This document shows positions 15,041-27,762 of a DNA stretch of 64,000 bases, one piece after another. Made by a program: the position numbers and the translations under genes. Location of the stretch: assembly GCF_009914755.1 (NCBI RefSeq), contig NC_060929.1, one strand, 5' to 3'. Within the stretch, counting starts at the first letter, position 1. Each line of letters begins with the position of its first letter. Source of the stretch: the human T2T-CHM13v2.0 reference genome, Homo sapiens. Below the pieces are notes generated by a model. That model did not search any database and was not told the origin of the DNA. It saw only the letters and a list, made by a program, of their open reading frames with translations.

Positions 15041-15799
15041 CATAAACCTAACATAACTTATAATAACAATCTAATGACAAAAAGAAACTTATTCTAAACT
15101 CTAAGCATCACCTTGTTGACAAAAGATCAGGTGCCAGCATTATCCATTTCCTCATTACAGAAGATAACTAAATCACAATGTAAATATGTATCTACCTTTC
15201 AAGTTTAGAAGGGTTTAATTTCTGTTTTTGTATAAAAGTATGCTAGGAGATATATATACTTTTTAAAAGACAGCCACCCTGTCCTCTAAAGACACAACAA
15301 AAACAATGACTTTTGTATGGTTCGCCTACATTTCAGCTTAAACCTAGAAAAAAAGTTAATATTGTGTAATTTTAAGATTTTAATAACTTCTCCAAAATTA
15401 TATGAACATATTATATAAGAAGCAAATTAAAAATAATTTTTACCTTCTATGCCATTTATTGTCACAGTCATTGTAAAAGTCTCTAATATCCTTTGATATT
15501 GATGAGACAATAAGTTTTTTATTTACTCTTAAAAAAAAAAGGGATACATGTGCAGAACGTGCCGGTTTGTGCCATGGTGGTTTGCTGCACCTATTGACCC
15601 ATCCTCTAAGTTCCCTCCCCTCACCCCCACCCCACAACAGGCCCTGATTGTGTGTTGTTCCTCTTTCTGTGACCGTGAGTTCTGATTGTTCAACTCTCAT
15701 TTATGAGTGAAAACATGTGGTATTTGGTTTTGGTTTCTGTGTTAGTTTGCTGAGGATGATGGCTTCCAGCTTCATCCATGTCCCTGCAAAGGACATGAT

Positions 15800-18700
15800 C
15801 TCATTTTTTTTATGGCTGCATAGTAGTCCATGGTGTATATATATACCACATTTTCTTTATCCAGTCTATCATTGATGGGCACTTGGGTTGGTTCCATGTC
15901 TTTGCTATTGTAAATAGTGCTGCAGTAAACATACGTGTGCATGTGTATTTATAGTAGAATGATTTATATGCTTTTGGTATATACCCAGTAATGGGATTGC
16001 TGGGTCAAATGGCATTTCTAGTTCTAGATCCTTGAGGAATAGCCATACTGTCTTCCACAATGGTTGAACCAATTTACATTCCCACCAACAGTGTAAACCA
16101 GGCTGTTTCTCCACAGCCTAGTCAGCATCGTTACCTGACTTTTTAATAATCACGATTCTGACTGCCATGAGATGGTATCTCATTGCGGTTTTGCATTGCG
16201 GATTTTCATTTCTTTGATGATCAGTGATGTTGAGCTATTTTTCATATGTTTGTTGGTTGCATACATGTATTTTTTTGAGAGGTGTCTGTTCATATACTTT
16301 GCTAAATTTTTGATGGGGTTGTTTTGTTTTTTTCTTGTAAACTTGTTTAAGTTCCTTGCAATTTCTGGATATTAGACCTTTGTCAGATGGGTAGATTGCA
16401 AAAATTTTCTTCCATTCTGTAGGTTGCCTGTTCATTCTGATGACAGTTTATTTTTCTGTGCAGAAGCTCTTTAATTAGATTCCATTTGTCAACTTTGGCT
16501 TTTGTTGCAATTGCTTTTGGCATTTTGTCATGAAGTCTTTGCCCATGCCTATCCTGAATGGTACTGCCTAGGTTTTCTTCTAGAGTTTATATGGTTTTGG
16601 GTTTTACATTTAAGTCTTTAATCCATCTTGAGTTAATTTTCATAGAAGGTGTAAGGAAGGTGTCCAGTTTCTGTTTTCTGTATATGACTAGCCAGTTTTC
16701 CCAGCACCATTTACTGAATAGGAGAACATTTCCTCATTGCTTGTTTCTGTCAGGTTTGTTGAAGATCAGATAGTTGCATATGTGTGGTGTTATTTCTGAG
16801 GTCTCTGTTCTGCTCCATTGGTCTATATGTCTGTTTTGGTACCAGTACCATGCTGTTTTGGTTACTATAGCCTTACACTATAGTTTGAAGTCAGGTAGCA
16901 TGATGCCTTCAGCTTTGTTCTTTTTGCTTAGGATTGTCTTGGTTATACGGGGTCTTCTTTGATTCCATATGAAATTTAAAATAGTTTTTTTCTAAGTCAG
17001 TGAAGAATGTCAATGGTGGTGTGATGGGAATAGCATTGAATCTATAAATTACTTTGGGCAGTATGGCCATTTTCACGATATTGATTCTTCCTATCCATAA
17101 GGATGGAAAGTTTTTCCATATGTTTGTGTCCTCTATTTCCTTGAGCAGTGGTTTGTAGTTCTTCTTGAAGAGGTCCTTCACATCCCTTGTTAGCCACAGT
17201 GCTAGGTATTTTATTCTCTTTGTAGCAATTGTGAATGGGAGTTCATTCATGATTTGGATCTCTGCTGGCCTATTGTTGGTGTAAAGGAATGTTTGTGATT
17301 TTTCCACGTTGATTTTGTACCCAGAGACTTGGCTGAGGTTATCAGTTTAAGGAGTTTTGGAGCTGAGATGATGGGGTTTTCTAACTATAAAATCATGTTG
17401 TCAGCAAACAGAGACAACTTGACTTCCTCTCTTCCTATTTGAATACCCTTTCTTTCTTTCTCTTGCATGATTGCCCTGGCCAGAACTTCCCATACTATGT
17501 TGAATAGGAGTAGTGAGAGAGGGCATCCTTTTCTTGTACCAGTTTTCAAAGGGAATGCTCTCAGCGTTTGCCCATTCTATATGATATTGGCTGTGGGTTT
17601 GTATAAATAGCTCTCATTATTTTGAGATATGTTTCATCAATACTTAGTTTATTGTGAGTTTTTAACATGAAGGGATGTTGAATTTTATCAAAGGCCTTTT
17701 CTGTATTTATTGAGATAGTCATGTGGTTTTTGTCTTTGGTTCTTTTTATGTGATGGATTACATTTATTGATTTGCATATGTTGAACCAGACTTGCATCCC
17801 AGGGATGAAGCTGACTTGATCATGGTGGATATGTTTTTTGTTGTGCTGCTGGATTCAGTTTCCCAGTATTTTATTGAGGATGTTTGCATTGATGTTCATC
17901 AGAGATATTGGCCTGAAGTTTTCTTTTTTTGCTGTGTCTCTTCCCGGTTTTGGTATCAGGATGTTGCTGGCTTCATAAAATGAGTTAGGGAGGATTCCCT
18001 CCTTTTCAATTGTTTGGAATAGTTTCAGAAGGAATGGTATCAGCTCCTCTTTGTATTTCTTGTTGACTTCAGCTGTGAATCCGTCTGGTCCTGTAATTTT
18101 TTTGGTTGGTAGGGTACTTATTACTGCCTCAATTTCAGAACTTGTTATTGGTCTATTCAGGGATTTGACTTCTTCCTGGTTTAGTCTTGGGAGGGTGTAT
18201 GTTTCCAGGAATTTATGCATTTCTTCTAGATTTGCTAGTTTATTTGCGTAGAGGTGTTTATAGTATTCTCTGATGGTAGTTTGTATTTCTGTGGGATCAG
18301 TGATGATATCTCCATTATCATTATTTATTGTCTACTTGATTCCTCTCTTTTCTTCTTTATTAGTCTAGCTAGCCATCTATCTATTTTGTTAATTTTTTTC
18401 AGAAAACCAGCTCCTGGCTTCATTGATTTTTTGGAGAGTTTTTGGTGTCTCCATCTCCTTCAATTCTGCTCTGATCTTAGTTATTTCTTGCCTTCGGCTA
18501 GCTTTTGGATTAGTTCTTTCTTGCCTCTCTAGCTCTTTTAATTGTGATGTTAGGGTTTTGATTTGAGATCTTTCTGATGTGGGCATTTAGTGCTATAAAT
18601 TTCCCTCTTAACACACTGCTTTAGCTATGTCCCAGAGATTCTGGTATATTGTCTCTTAGTTCTCATTGGTTTTGAAGAACTTCTTGATTTTTTGCCTTAA

Positions 18701-19485
18701 TTTCATTATTTACCCAGGAGTCATTCAGAAGCAGGTTGTTCCATTTCCACGTAATTGTGTTGTTTTGAGTGAGTTTCTTAAACTTGAGTTCTAATTTGAT
18801 TGCACTGTGGTCTGAGAGACTATTATGATTTCAGTTTTTTGCATTTGCTGCAGAGTGTTTTACTTCCCATTATGTGGTTGATTTTATAATAAGTGCCATG
18901 TGGCACTGAGAAGAATGTATATTCTGTTCATTTGGGGTGGAGAGTTCTGTAGACGTCTACTAGGTCCATTTGATCCAGAGCTGAGTTTAAGTCCTAAATA
19001 TCCTCATTAATTTTCTGTCTCATTGATCTGTCTAATACTGACAGTGGGGTGTTAAAATCTCCCAATATTATTGTGTGGGAGTCTAAGTCTCCTTGTAGGT
19101 CTCTAAGAACTTGTTTGATGAATCTGGGTGCTCCTGTATTGGGTACATATACATTTAGAATAGGGAGCTCTTCTGTTGAATTGTTTCCTTTACCAGTATG
19201 TAATGCCATTCTTTGTCTCTTTTGATCTTTGTTGGTTTAAACTCTGTTTTGTCTGAGACTAGGATTGCAAACCCTGCTTTTCTCTGCTTTCCCTTTGCTT
19301 GGTAAATTTTCCTTCTTCCCTTTGAGTCTGTGTGTGTCTTCACACATGAGGTGGGTCACCTGAATACAGCACACCGATGGGTCTTGACTCTTTATCCAAT
19401 TTGCCAGTCTGTGTCTTTTAATTGGGGCAGTTAGCCCATTTGTATTTAAAGTTAGTATTGTTTTATGTGAATTCGATCCTGTCAT
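15800..19485 (-). pseudogene. Disrupted L1 ORF2 (APE endonuclease, reverse transcriptase, C-terminal Cys-rich domain)
   Basis: Fragments MTGSNSHKTILTLNTNGL..., [27 protein letters not shown]...[58 protein letters not shown]; many frameshifts/stops. Confidence 0.92.
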
Positions 19486-19549
19486 TATGATCCTATTTGG
19501 TTATTTTGCATACTAGTTGATGCAGTATCTTCATAATGCCATTGGTCTG

Positions 19550-20570
19550 TATATTTTGATGTGTTTTTGCAGTGGCTGGTACTGGTTTTTCCTTTCCATA
19601 TTTAGTGCTTCTTTTAGGAGGTCTGGGAGGGCAGGCCTGGTGGTAATGAAATCCCTCATCATTTGCTTGTCTGGAAAGGATTTTATTTCTCCTTCGCTTA
19701 TGAAGCTTAGTTTGGCTGGATATGAAATTCGGGTTGAAAATTTTTTTCTTTAAGAATGTTGAATATTAACCCCCAATCTCTTGTGGCTTGTAGAGTTTCT
19801 GCTGAGGGGTCCACTCTTCGTCTGATGGGCTTCCCTTTGTAGGTGACCTGACCTTTCTCTCTGGCTGACTTTAACAGTTTTTCCTTCATTTCAACTTTGG
19901 AGAATCTGATGCTTGTGTCTTGGGGTTGATCTTCTCATGGAATATCTTAATGGTGTTCTCTGTATTTCCTGAATTTGCATGTTGGCCTGTCTTGCTAGGT
20001 TGGGGAAGTTCTCCTGGATAATATTCTGAAGTGTGTTTTCCAGCTTGTTTCCATTCTCCCTGTCTCCTTCTGGCACTCCAATCAATCATAGGCTCAGTCT
20101 TTTTATGAAGTCCCATATTTCTTGGAGGCTTTGTTCATTCCTTTTCATTCTTTTTTCTCTATTCTTGTCTGAATGTCTTATTTCAGTGAGGTTGTCTTCA
20201 AACTCTGATATCCTTTCTTCTGCTTGGTCAATTTGGCTATTAATACTTGTGTATGATTCAAGAAGTTCTCGCACTGTTTTTCAGTTCCATCAGGTCATCT
20301 ATGTTCCTCTCTAAACTGGTTATTCTAGTTAGCAATTGCTCTAATCTTTTATCAAGGTTCTTTGCTTCTTTACATTGGGTTAGAATTTGCTCCTTTAGCT
20401 CAGCATAGTTTTTTATTACCCATCTTTTGGAGCCTACTTCTATTAATTCATCCATCTCATCCTCTGTCCAGTTCTGTGTCCTCGATGGAGAGACGTTGTG
20501 ATCATTTGGAAGAGAAAAGGCACCCTGGCCTTTTTGGTTTTCAGCATTTTTTCATTGATTCTTTCTCATC
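19550..20570 (-). pseudogene. Disrupted L1 ORF1 (coiled coil/RRM/CTD)
   Basis: Fragments RITSLERNIDDLMELKN, SQIDQAEERISEFED, IGVPEGDRENGNKLENTLQNIIQENFPNLARQ, KGQVTYKGKPIR. Confidence 0.9.
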
Positions 20571-23500
20571 TTCGTGAGTTTGTCTAGTTTTGGTCTTTGA
20601 GGCTGCTCACCCTTGGATGGGGTTTTTGTGGGGGGTTTTTGTTGTTGTTGTTGATGCTGTGGTTGTTGCTTTCTGCTTGTCTGCTTTTCTTTAAATGATC
20701 AGGTCTCTCTTCTGTAGTGCTGCTGCAGTTTTCTGGGGCTTTACTTCAGGGCTTATTCATCTGATTCACTCCTGCACCTGGAGATGTCACTCATGGAGGC
20801 TGGAGAACAGCAAAGATGGGTGCCTGCTCCTTCTTCTGGGACCTCTGACCTCAAAAGACACCAACCTGAAGCCAGTAGGATTGCTTCTATATAGGGTGTC
20901 TACAAGCCCTGTTGGAGGGTCTCACCCAGTTGGGTGGCATGGGGAACAGACCCATTTAATGAAGCACTTTGTCCCTTGGTGGAAGGGGTGTGCCCCACTG
21001 GGGGGAAACCCATTCATCTGGGCTGCCCATATTCCTCAGAACTATCAGGAGGAAAGGCTAAGTCTGCTGGTCCACAGAGACTGCGGCCACCTCTTTCGCT
21101 AGGACCTCAGGCCCAGGGGTATCCGGGTTCTGTCCCTCAGCCTTTGGCTGGAGGTATTGGAGTTCCTGTAGGGAAGCCCTGTCTGGTGAGGAAGGATGGG
21201 TCAGGATCAGGCCTGAAGACACACTCTGGCTGCAGACTGCCACAGCTAGTGTGTTGGGCCATGGAGGACAAGTCTTGGGACCAAGCCTTGTTCAACCCTC
21301 CTGGCTCCAGCAAGGGAAAACAAAGCCTGTAGCTTTAGAGATGAGTGCTGCCCTCCCCCAACCCAGGGAGCTTAGTGTGTTAGGTAGTCCCAGTGTTGGC
21401 TGCTGCCCTTCCTTCAAGGAGCTCAAACAACTTAAACAGCAGGTCACAGCTACTGTAGTGCTGGTCCCCCCTCCCCTTGGGAGTTTGGTGGGCTTAAGCA
21501 GATTCCAGCTGAGAGACTGTGAAGAGTCTGCACATTCCGGGGTTGGGAGGATAGGCCCTGGTGGCATGAGTTTGCAAGTGGGATCTTCCAATTCATGGGT
21601 TGCATCATTCCGTTGAGAAAGCACGGTTTCCCTGGCTGAGTAGCACACTCACCACTTCCCTTGGCTGGGGATGGGGGCGGGGATCTCCTTCCCCATGTGA
21701 CTCTCAGGTAGGTCACCACACCACACTGTTCTTCCTTCTCTCCGTGGGTCACATTAGCCTCCTAGCAGTTCTGATGAGCGAACCTGGGTACCTTGGTTGC
21801 CAGTGAAGGATTCACATGTGTATTATGCTTTTTTCCAATGGGAGCCTCCAGACATGACTGTTTCTAGTCGGCCATCTTGGCTTTGCCCCAAAAATATTTT
21901 TAAGGAAGCAAATTTATTAGTGAGAGTTGCTTTGACTGTCTCTTATATTCAAAGATCATTAATATTAAAAGCTAAATAGTTTGATATCACTGAAAATTGT
22001 CAGAATTTTAATGAAAAGAAAATTAGAACAAAGAGATCTAAAGAAAAGGACACCTAATAATTTATGGGCACATTGTTCTTCAAGCATTGTATTTGGAATT
22101 TGGTGTTTAAGAAATAAAAGTATAAGTAGCCAGTGAAAGAAAAATGTGTTATAGCTACAAATGAAAGAAGATTAAAAAGGAAATTATATACTCAAACTTT
22201 ATATAGTTTAGATTTTTAAGGTAAATGTATTTGTCTGCTAGCATGAAAAGCTTTTTTAACTGGAAAAATATATATAAGGATGCATGAGCTGATGTGGAAG
22301 CTCTCACTATTTTTCATAGCAGCAGTGGTGTAAATATCATTAACAATCTCATTAAAGTGGAAAACAGGAGTGGATCACAAATGGAGTACAAATGAGGAGG
22401 AAGGGAAGGCTTTGTTTGACCACACAGAGATTTGGAAAGGCTGGCATGTGAAAGTGGTACCTGGAACTCAACGAAGGTTAAGACAATATGCACTGGAAGA
22501 TATAAGGAAATGATTAATGTGGAAAGCCAAGCTTCCCCTACCCCTGCAAAAAAAATAAAATAAAGTAAAAAGATCTGAAACCATTTTACTGATGATTTGG
22601 TACCACTTTGTATAACAATCCCTGGGGAATTAAAGATGTAAAATAATTTGCTTCTGGACTATATAAATGATAATAGCATGTGGGTAATTGTGATCTCTGG
22701 GCAGAGACTGTTAATGAGCTCTCAGATGCCCAACAGTAGACACAGATGTCAGCCTGTCCCATCTATTGACAGTGATTGCTGAAGGTCTCCCTCAATTGAG
22801 TTTCTGTTTTATAATAGGAAACCATAATTAAGTATCTGAGAAAACTGGCCGTTGTAAAAAATTCTGTAAAATAAATTTGTATTGAAAGAAATGTTAAACA
22901 TTTTTAAAATACTTTTTTTTCCTACCTTAACTTGGTGAACAAATGAAATATCTAAGAGGCAAACCATTCTGAGCTCCTTTTCTCTTCCCCCTACTCATTC
23001 TCCAGACAGTACACAAAGCTGGCTGAAAGGGTTTTGTCACCACATAACCCAGCCACATGACTCAGATCATGCCCCCCACGAACTTGCACATACACTCGGT
23101 CACATTCACCAAGGCCATTGAGTGATTAGCAAACTTTATTAAAAGTTTAAAGAAAATAATAGATATTACAACACACACAAAAAAATTTAAGGCTGAATAT
23201 TAGGTACCATACTATGACATTTTCTGGGCCATATTTACCAAGGCAGGCATTAGGCTCCTACAATACGGTGTTTAACCTTATTGCTGTCCTCTCTCCCCAG
23301 TACAGCTAGCTCATCATTCATCTTTCCCACCACCCAAAATCTATGTCGGTTGATATAAAATAGCTTGGTTCTTTGTTGTTTCTTTAAAACTAATACATTT
23401 GAGGCCTGGTCTTCCGCTCCTCAAGCCATTAGCAAAGCATTTAATACACTACAATTCCTTTTAGGGGGAAAAAAACCCAACTCTGGTGCTCTAAGGTAAA

Positions 23501-23585
23501 GTAATCATATATTTTTTAATCCTCAAAATAAAGCAGCAAAGTTCCAGGCAAATGGAAGACACTGTTGTGGATCACTGTTGCTATT

Positions 23586-26176
23586 GCTTTTTTTAAAAAA
23601 AGTTTTAATTTTGTGTAATTACATAGTAGGTGTATATATTTATGGGGTACATGAGATACTTTGATACAGGCACGCAATGCGTAATAATCACTTCATGGAA
23701 AATGGGGTATCTATTCCCTCAAGCATTTATCTTTTGTGTTACAAAAAAATCCAATTATACCACTTTAGTAAATGTTATATGTACAATTAAATTATTATAG
23801 ATTTTAGTCACCCTGTTGTGCTATGAAATACTAGGTCTTACTCATTTTTCCTATTTTTGTACCCACTAACCACCCCCTTTTCTCCCTACCAACCCCCTCA
23901 CTACCCTTCCCAGCCTCTGGTAACCATCTTTCTACTCTCCATCTCCATGAGTTCTATTGTTTAATTTTTAGCTCCCACAAGTAAGTGAGAACATGTGGAG
24001 TTTGTCTTTCTGTGTCTGGCTTATTTCACTTATCATAATGACCTCCACTTCCATCCATGTTGTATCAAATGACAGGATCTCATTCTTTTTATGGCTGAAT
24101 AGTACCTCATTGTGCATATGTACCACATTTTCTTTATCCATTCATCTGTTGATGAACACTTAGGTTGCTTCCAAATCTTGTCTATTGTGAATGGTACTGC
24201 AATAAACATGGGAGGGCAGATATCTCTTCAATAACCTGATTTCCTTTCTTTTGGGTACATACCTAGCAGTGGGATTGCTGAATCGCATGGTAGCTCAATT
24301 TTTTTTTGAGGAATCTCCAAACTGTTCTCCATAGTGGTTGTACTAGTTTATATTCCCTCCAACAGTGTATGAGGATTCACTTTTCTCCATACCCTTGCCA
24401 GCATTTTTTATTGCCTGTCTTTTGGATATAAGCCATTTTAGCTGGGGTGAGATGATATCTCCTTGTAGTTTTGATTTGCATTTCTCTGATGATCAGTGAT
24501 GCTGAGCGCCTTTTCATTATGCCTGTTTGCCATTTGTATTTGTTCTTTTGAGAAATGTCTATTCAGATACTTTGCTAATTTTTAATTAGCAATCTAATCA
24601 GATTATTAGATTTTTTGCTATAGATTTGTTTGAGCTCCTTATATATTCTGGTATTAATCCCTTGTCAGACAGGTAGTATGCAAATATTTTCTCCCATTCT
24701 GTATGTTGTCTTTTCATTTTGTTGATTTTGTGTGTGTGTGTGTGTGCAGAAGCTTTTTAACTTGATGTGATCCTGTTTGTCCATGTTTGATTTGGTTGCC
24801 TGTGCTTGTGTGGTATTACTCCAGAAATCTTTGCCCAGGCAAAAGTCCTGGAGATTTTCCTCAATATTCTCTTTTAGAAGTTTCATAGTTTGAGGTCTCA
24901 GATGTATGTCTTTAATCCACTTTGATTTTTGTAGATGGCAAGAAATAGGGGTCTAGTTTCTTCCGCATAATATCCATTTTTCCCAGCACACTTTATTGAA
25001 GACACTGTCTTTTTCCCAATGTATGTTCTTGTCACCTTTGTTGAAAATGAGTTCACTGTTGATGCATGCATTTGTTTGTGGGTTCTCTACTCCATTCCAT
25101 TGGTCTATGTGTCTTTTATTACGCCAGTGCCATGCTGTTTTGGTTACTGTAGCTCTATGGTATAATTTGAAGTCAGGTAATGTGATTCCTCTGGGTTTGT
25201 TCTTTTTGCTCAGGATAGCTTTGACCATTCTGGATATTTCTGTGGTTCCATATAAATTTTTGAATTGTTTTTCTATTTCTGTAAAGAATTTCATTGGTAT
25301 TTTGGTAGGGATCACATTGATTCTGTAGATTGCTTTGGGTGGCATAGACATTTTAACGATAGACATTTTAACAATATTGATTCTTCCAAACCATGAACAT
25401 GGAATATGCTTCCATTTTTTGTATCCTCTTGAATTTCTTTCATCAGTGTTTTATAGTTTTCTTTGTAGAGATCTTTGACTTCTTTGATTAGGTTAAATCC
25501 TAGGCGTTTAATTTTATTTGTGGCTATTGTAAATGGGACTTTTAAATTTCTTTTTCACATTGTTCAGTGTTGGCATATAGAAATGCTACTGATTATTGTA
25601 TGTTGATTTTGTATCCTGCAACTTTCCTGAATGTGTTGATCAGTCCTAATAGCTTTTTGGTGGAGTCTTTAGGTTTTTCCAAATATAAGATTACATCATC
25701 TGAAAGCCAGGATAATTGATTTCTTTATTTCCAATTTGGATGCCCTTTATAACTTTCTCTTGTCTGATTGCTCTAGCTAGGATTTCCAGTACTATTTTGA
25801 TTAGCAATGGTGAAAGTGCCCTCCTTGTCTTGTTCCAGGTTTTAGAGAAAAGGATTTCAGGTTTTCCCAACTTGGTATGGCACTAGCTGTGAGTCTGTTG
25901 TATATACCTTTTGCGTTGTGGAGGTTTGTTCCTTCTATATCCAGTTCTTTGAGGGTTTTTATCATGAAGCAATGTTGAATTTCATTAAATGTTTTTTCAG
26001 AACCAATTGAAATGATCGTACGGTTTTTGTCCTTCATTCTGTTGATATGATGTATCACATTGATTGATTTGTATATGTTGAGCCATCCTTGCATCCTTGG
26101 GATAAATCTTACTTGGTCATAATGAATGATCTTTTAATGTATTGTTGAATTCAGTTTGCTAGTATTTTGTTGAGGA
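23586..26176 (-). mobile_element. 5'-truncated L1MA (L1MA2/3-like), ORF2 RT/C-terminus plus 3'UTR
   Basis: ORFs [19 protein letters not shown] and [20 protein letters not shown]; 13-bp TSD cactgttgctatt (23573-23585) / cactgttgttatt (26177-26189). Confidence 0.92.
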
Positions 26177-27412
26177 CACTGTTGTTATTCTTAACACGTC
26201 CATGGTCAGCAAGAACGCTCTCTGTGTTCAGAATCTCCGAGAACTTTCAGGTCTTCCCCTGTGCTGCATCACCAGTCCCACCAACCAGGCCTGGCAGTTT
26301 GGAATAATACCCCAGCCTTTATCCCACAGTGGTCCATGTCTCCAGAAACACTACCCAGACTATATCAGGAATTGGCTTTCAGTGATTTCTTAAAATGTCA
26401 GGGCCCTGGCTCCTGGGTTTCCCCAATAAGCAAAGCTTCCTCTTCCTATCCTTTATTGAAGCCCACTATCTTCACTGCCTAAGAACACTTGGCATTGTCC
26501 CTTCCTCTTATCTCTGGGCCACTTAAGCTTGACTATTTTCTAAACTTCTCTCTCCCCTAGACATCCAAATACTTTTGTTCCTATTAGTGCCCAGACCCAA
26601 AGATCTCGTCCTTGAGATTCCTGGTAATGCAATGTTTGGGACCAGTTAATTCCAGGGTTTAGAGCCTCACAGCGACTCACAGACCCTATTTCTTTGGAAC
26701 TGGTGCTAAGTTCACCTCTTGCTTTCCTGTTCTTTCTTCCTTCTGAATTCATGGAGACTTGAATCAGTGGGTTTCCTTTAGGCCTGGGGATATTTTTCCT
26801 GCTACGTTTTAAGAGCTTCATCTCAGGCTACCTGTGGTCTCATGACATTTTAACCAGGTTGCTGGTCAAAGATGCACAGCACTCCAGGACTGAAAATTTT
26901 GAGGGATTCTTCAAATGCAGCCCAGGCCCTTAACTTACCAGAAGTTAGAAAAATAATAACATTTAATTTAGTGAATTCTTAATAAATTCTTCCCAGTGAG
27001 TTTATCCAGTGTTAAGCACCTCATATACATGATCACAATTATCCTCAAATCTCAATGAGATAAATATTTTTATTATGTCCATTTTACAGGTGAAGAAATT
27101 GAAATTCAAAAGGGCTAAACAATTTGCCCAAGATCACAAAACTAGTAGGGCCAAAGTCAAGTCTGAGTGCACTTACCTACTAGGCATACTGCCACTGAAA
27201 TTATTTTTTTAACAAGCCCTCTGAAACCAACCCTAATATGTTACTAATCTGTGCATTTATAAGCCAGTTTCAGATGACTTCTCTAGTTAAGAGGCTGGCA
27301 AATGACATGATGGTCCAGCCCAGAAAAGCTTGTTGAGAACTGCTAAGCAGAGCTGGAAGCTCCCCGTCAAACATAGCTCACAAAGAAGGTTTTCTATGAG
27401 GCCCTAGGAGAT

Positions 27413-27762
27413 TGTATTAGTCTGTTTTCCTACTGCTGATAGACTGCGCAATTTACAAAAGAAAGAGGTTTAATGTACTTACAGTTCCACGTGGCTGAGC
27501 AGGGCCTTACAATCATGGCAGAAGGTGAAAAGCACATCTTACATGGTGGCAGACAAGAGAATAATGACAGCCAAGTGAAAGGGGCTTCCCCTTATTAAAC
27601 CATCAGATCTTGTGAGGCTTATTCACTGCTACAAGAACAGCATGGGGGAAACTGCCCCCATGATGCAATTATCTCCCACTGGGTTCCTCCCACAACACAA
27701 GGGAATTATAGGAGCTACAATTCGAGATTAGATTTGCATGGAGACACAGCTGAACCAAATCA
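27413..27762 (-). mobile_element. THE1 (B/C-like) solo LTR
   Basis: tgtattagtctgtttt ... accaaatca termini; perfect 5-bp TSD gagat (27408-27412, 27763-27767). Confidence 0.92.

Larger units (their letters stand above)
15515..21889 (-). mobile_element. Full-length, inactivated primate L1 (about L1PA8A-L1PA13 age), ~6.4 kb
   Basis: 5' end on minus GGGGCAAAGCCAAGATGGCCGACTAG; ~1.3 kb 5'UTR; ORF1 and ORF2 fragments in order in the ORF track; 3'UTR ending at ~15515. Confidence 0.95.

Noticed and set aside
20695-21806. Several ORFs over 100 aa
   Set aside because: They lie within the GC-richer L1 5'UTR, with no evidence of coding function.
15515-21889. Active L1
   Set aside because: ORF1 and ORF2 are broken into many fragments by stops and frameshifts.
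25344-25372. Tandem duplication atagacattttaac x2 in L1MA
   Set aside because: An ordinary slippage indel.
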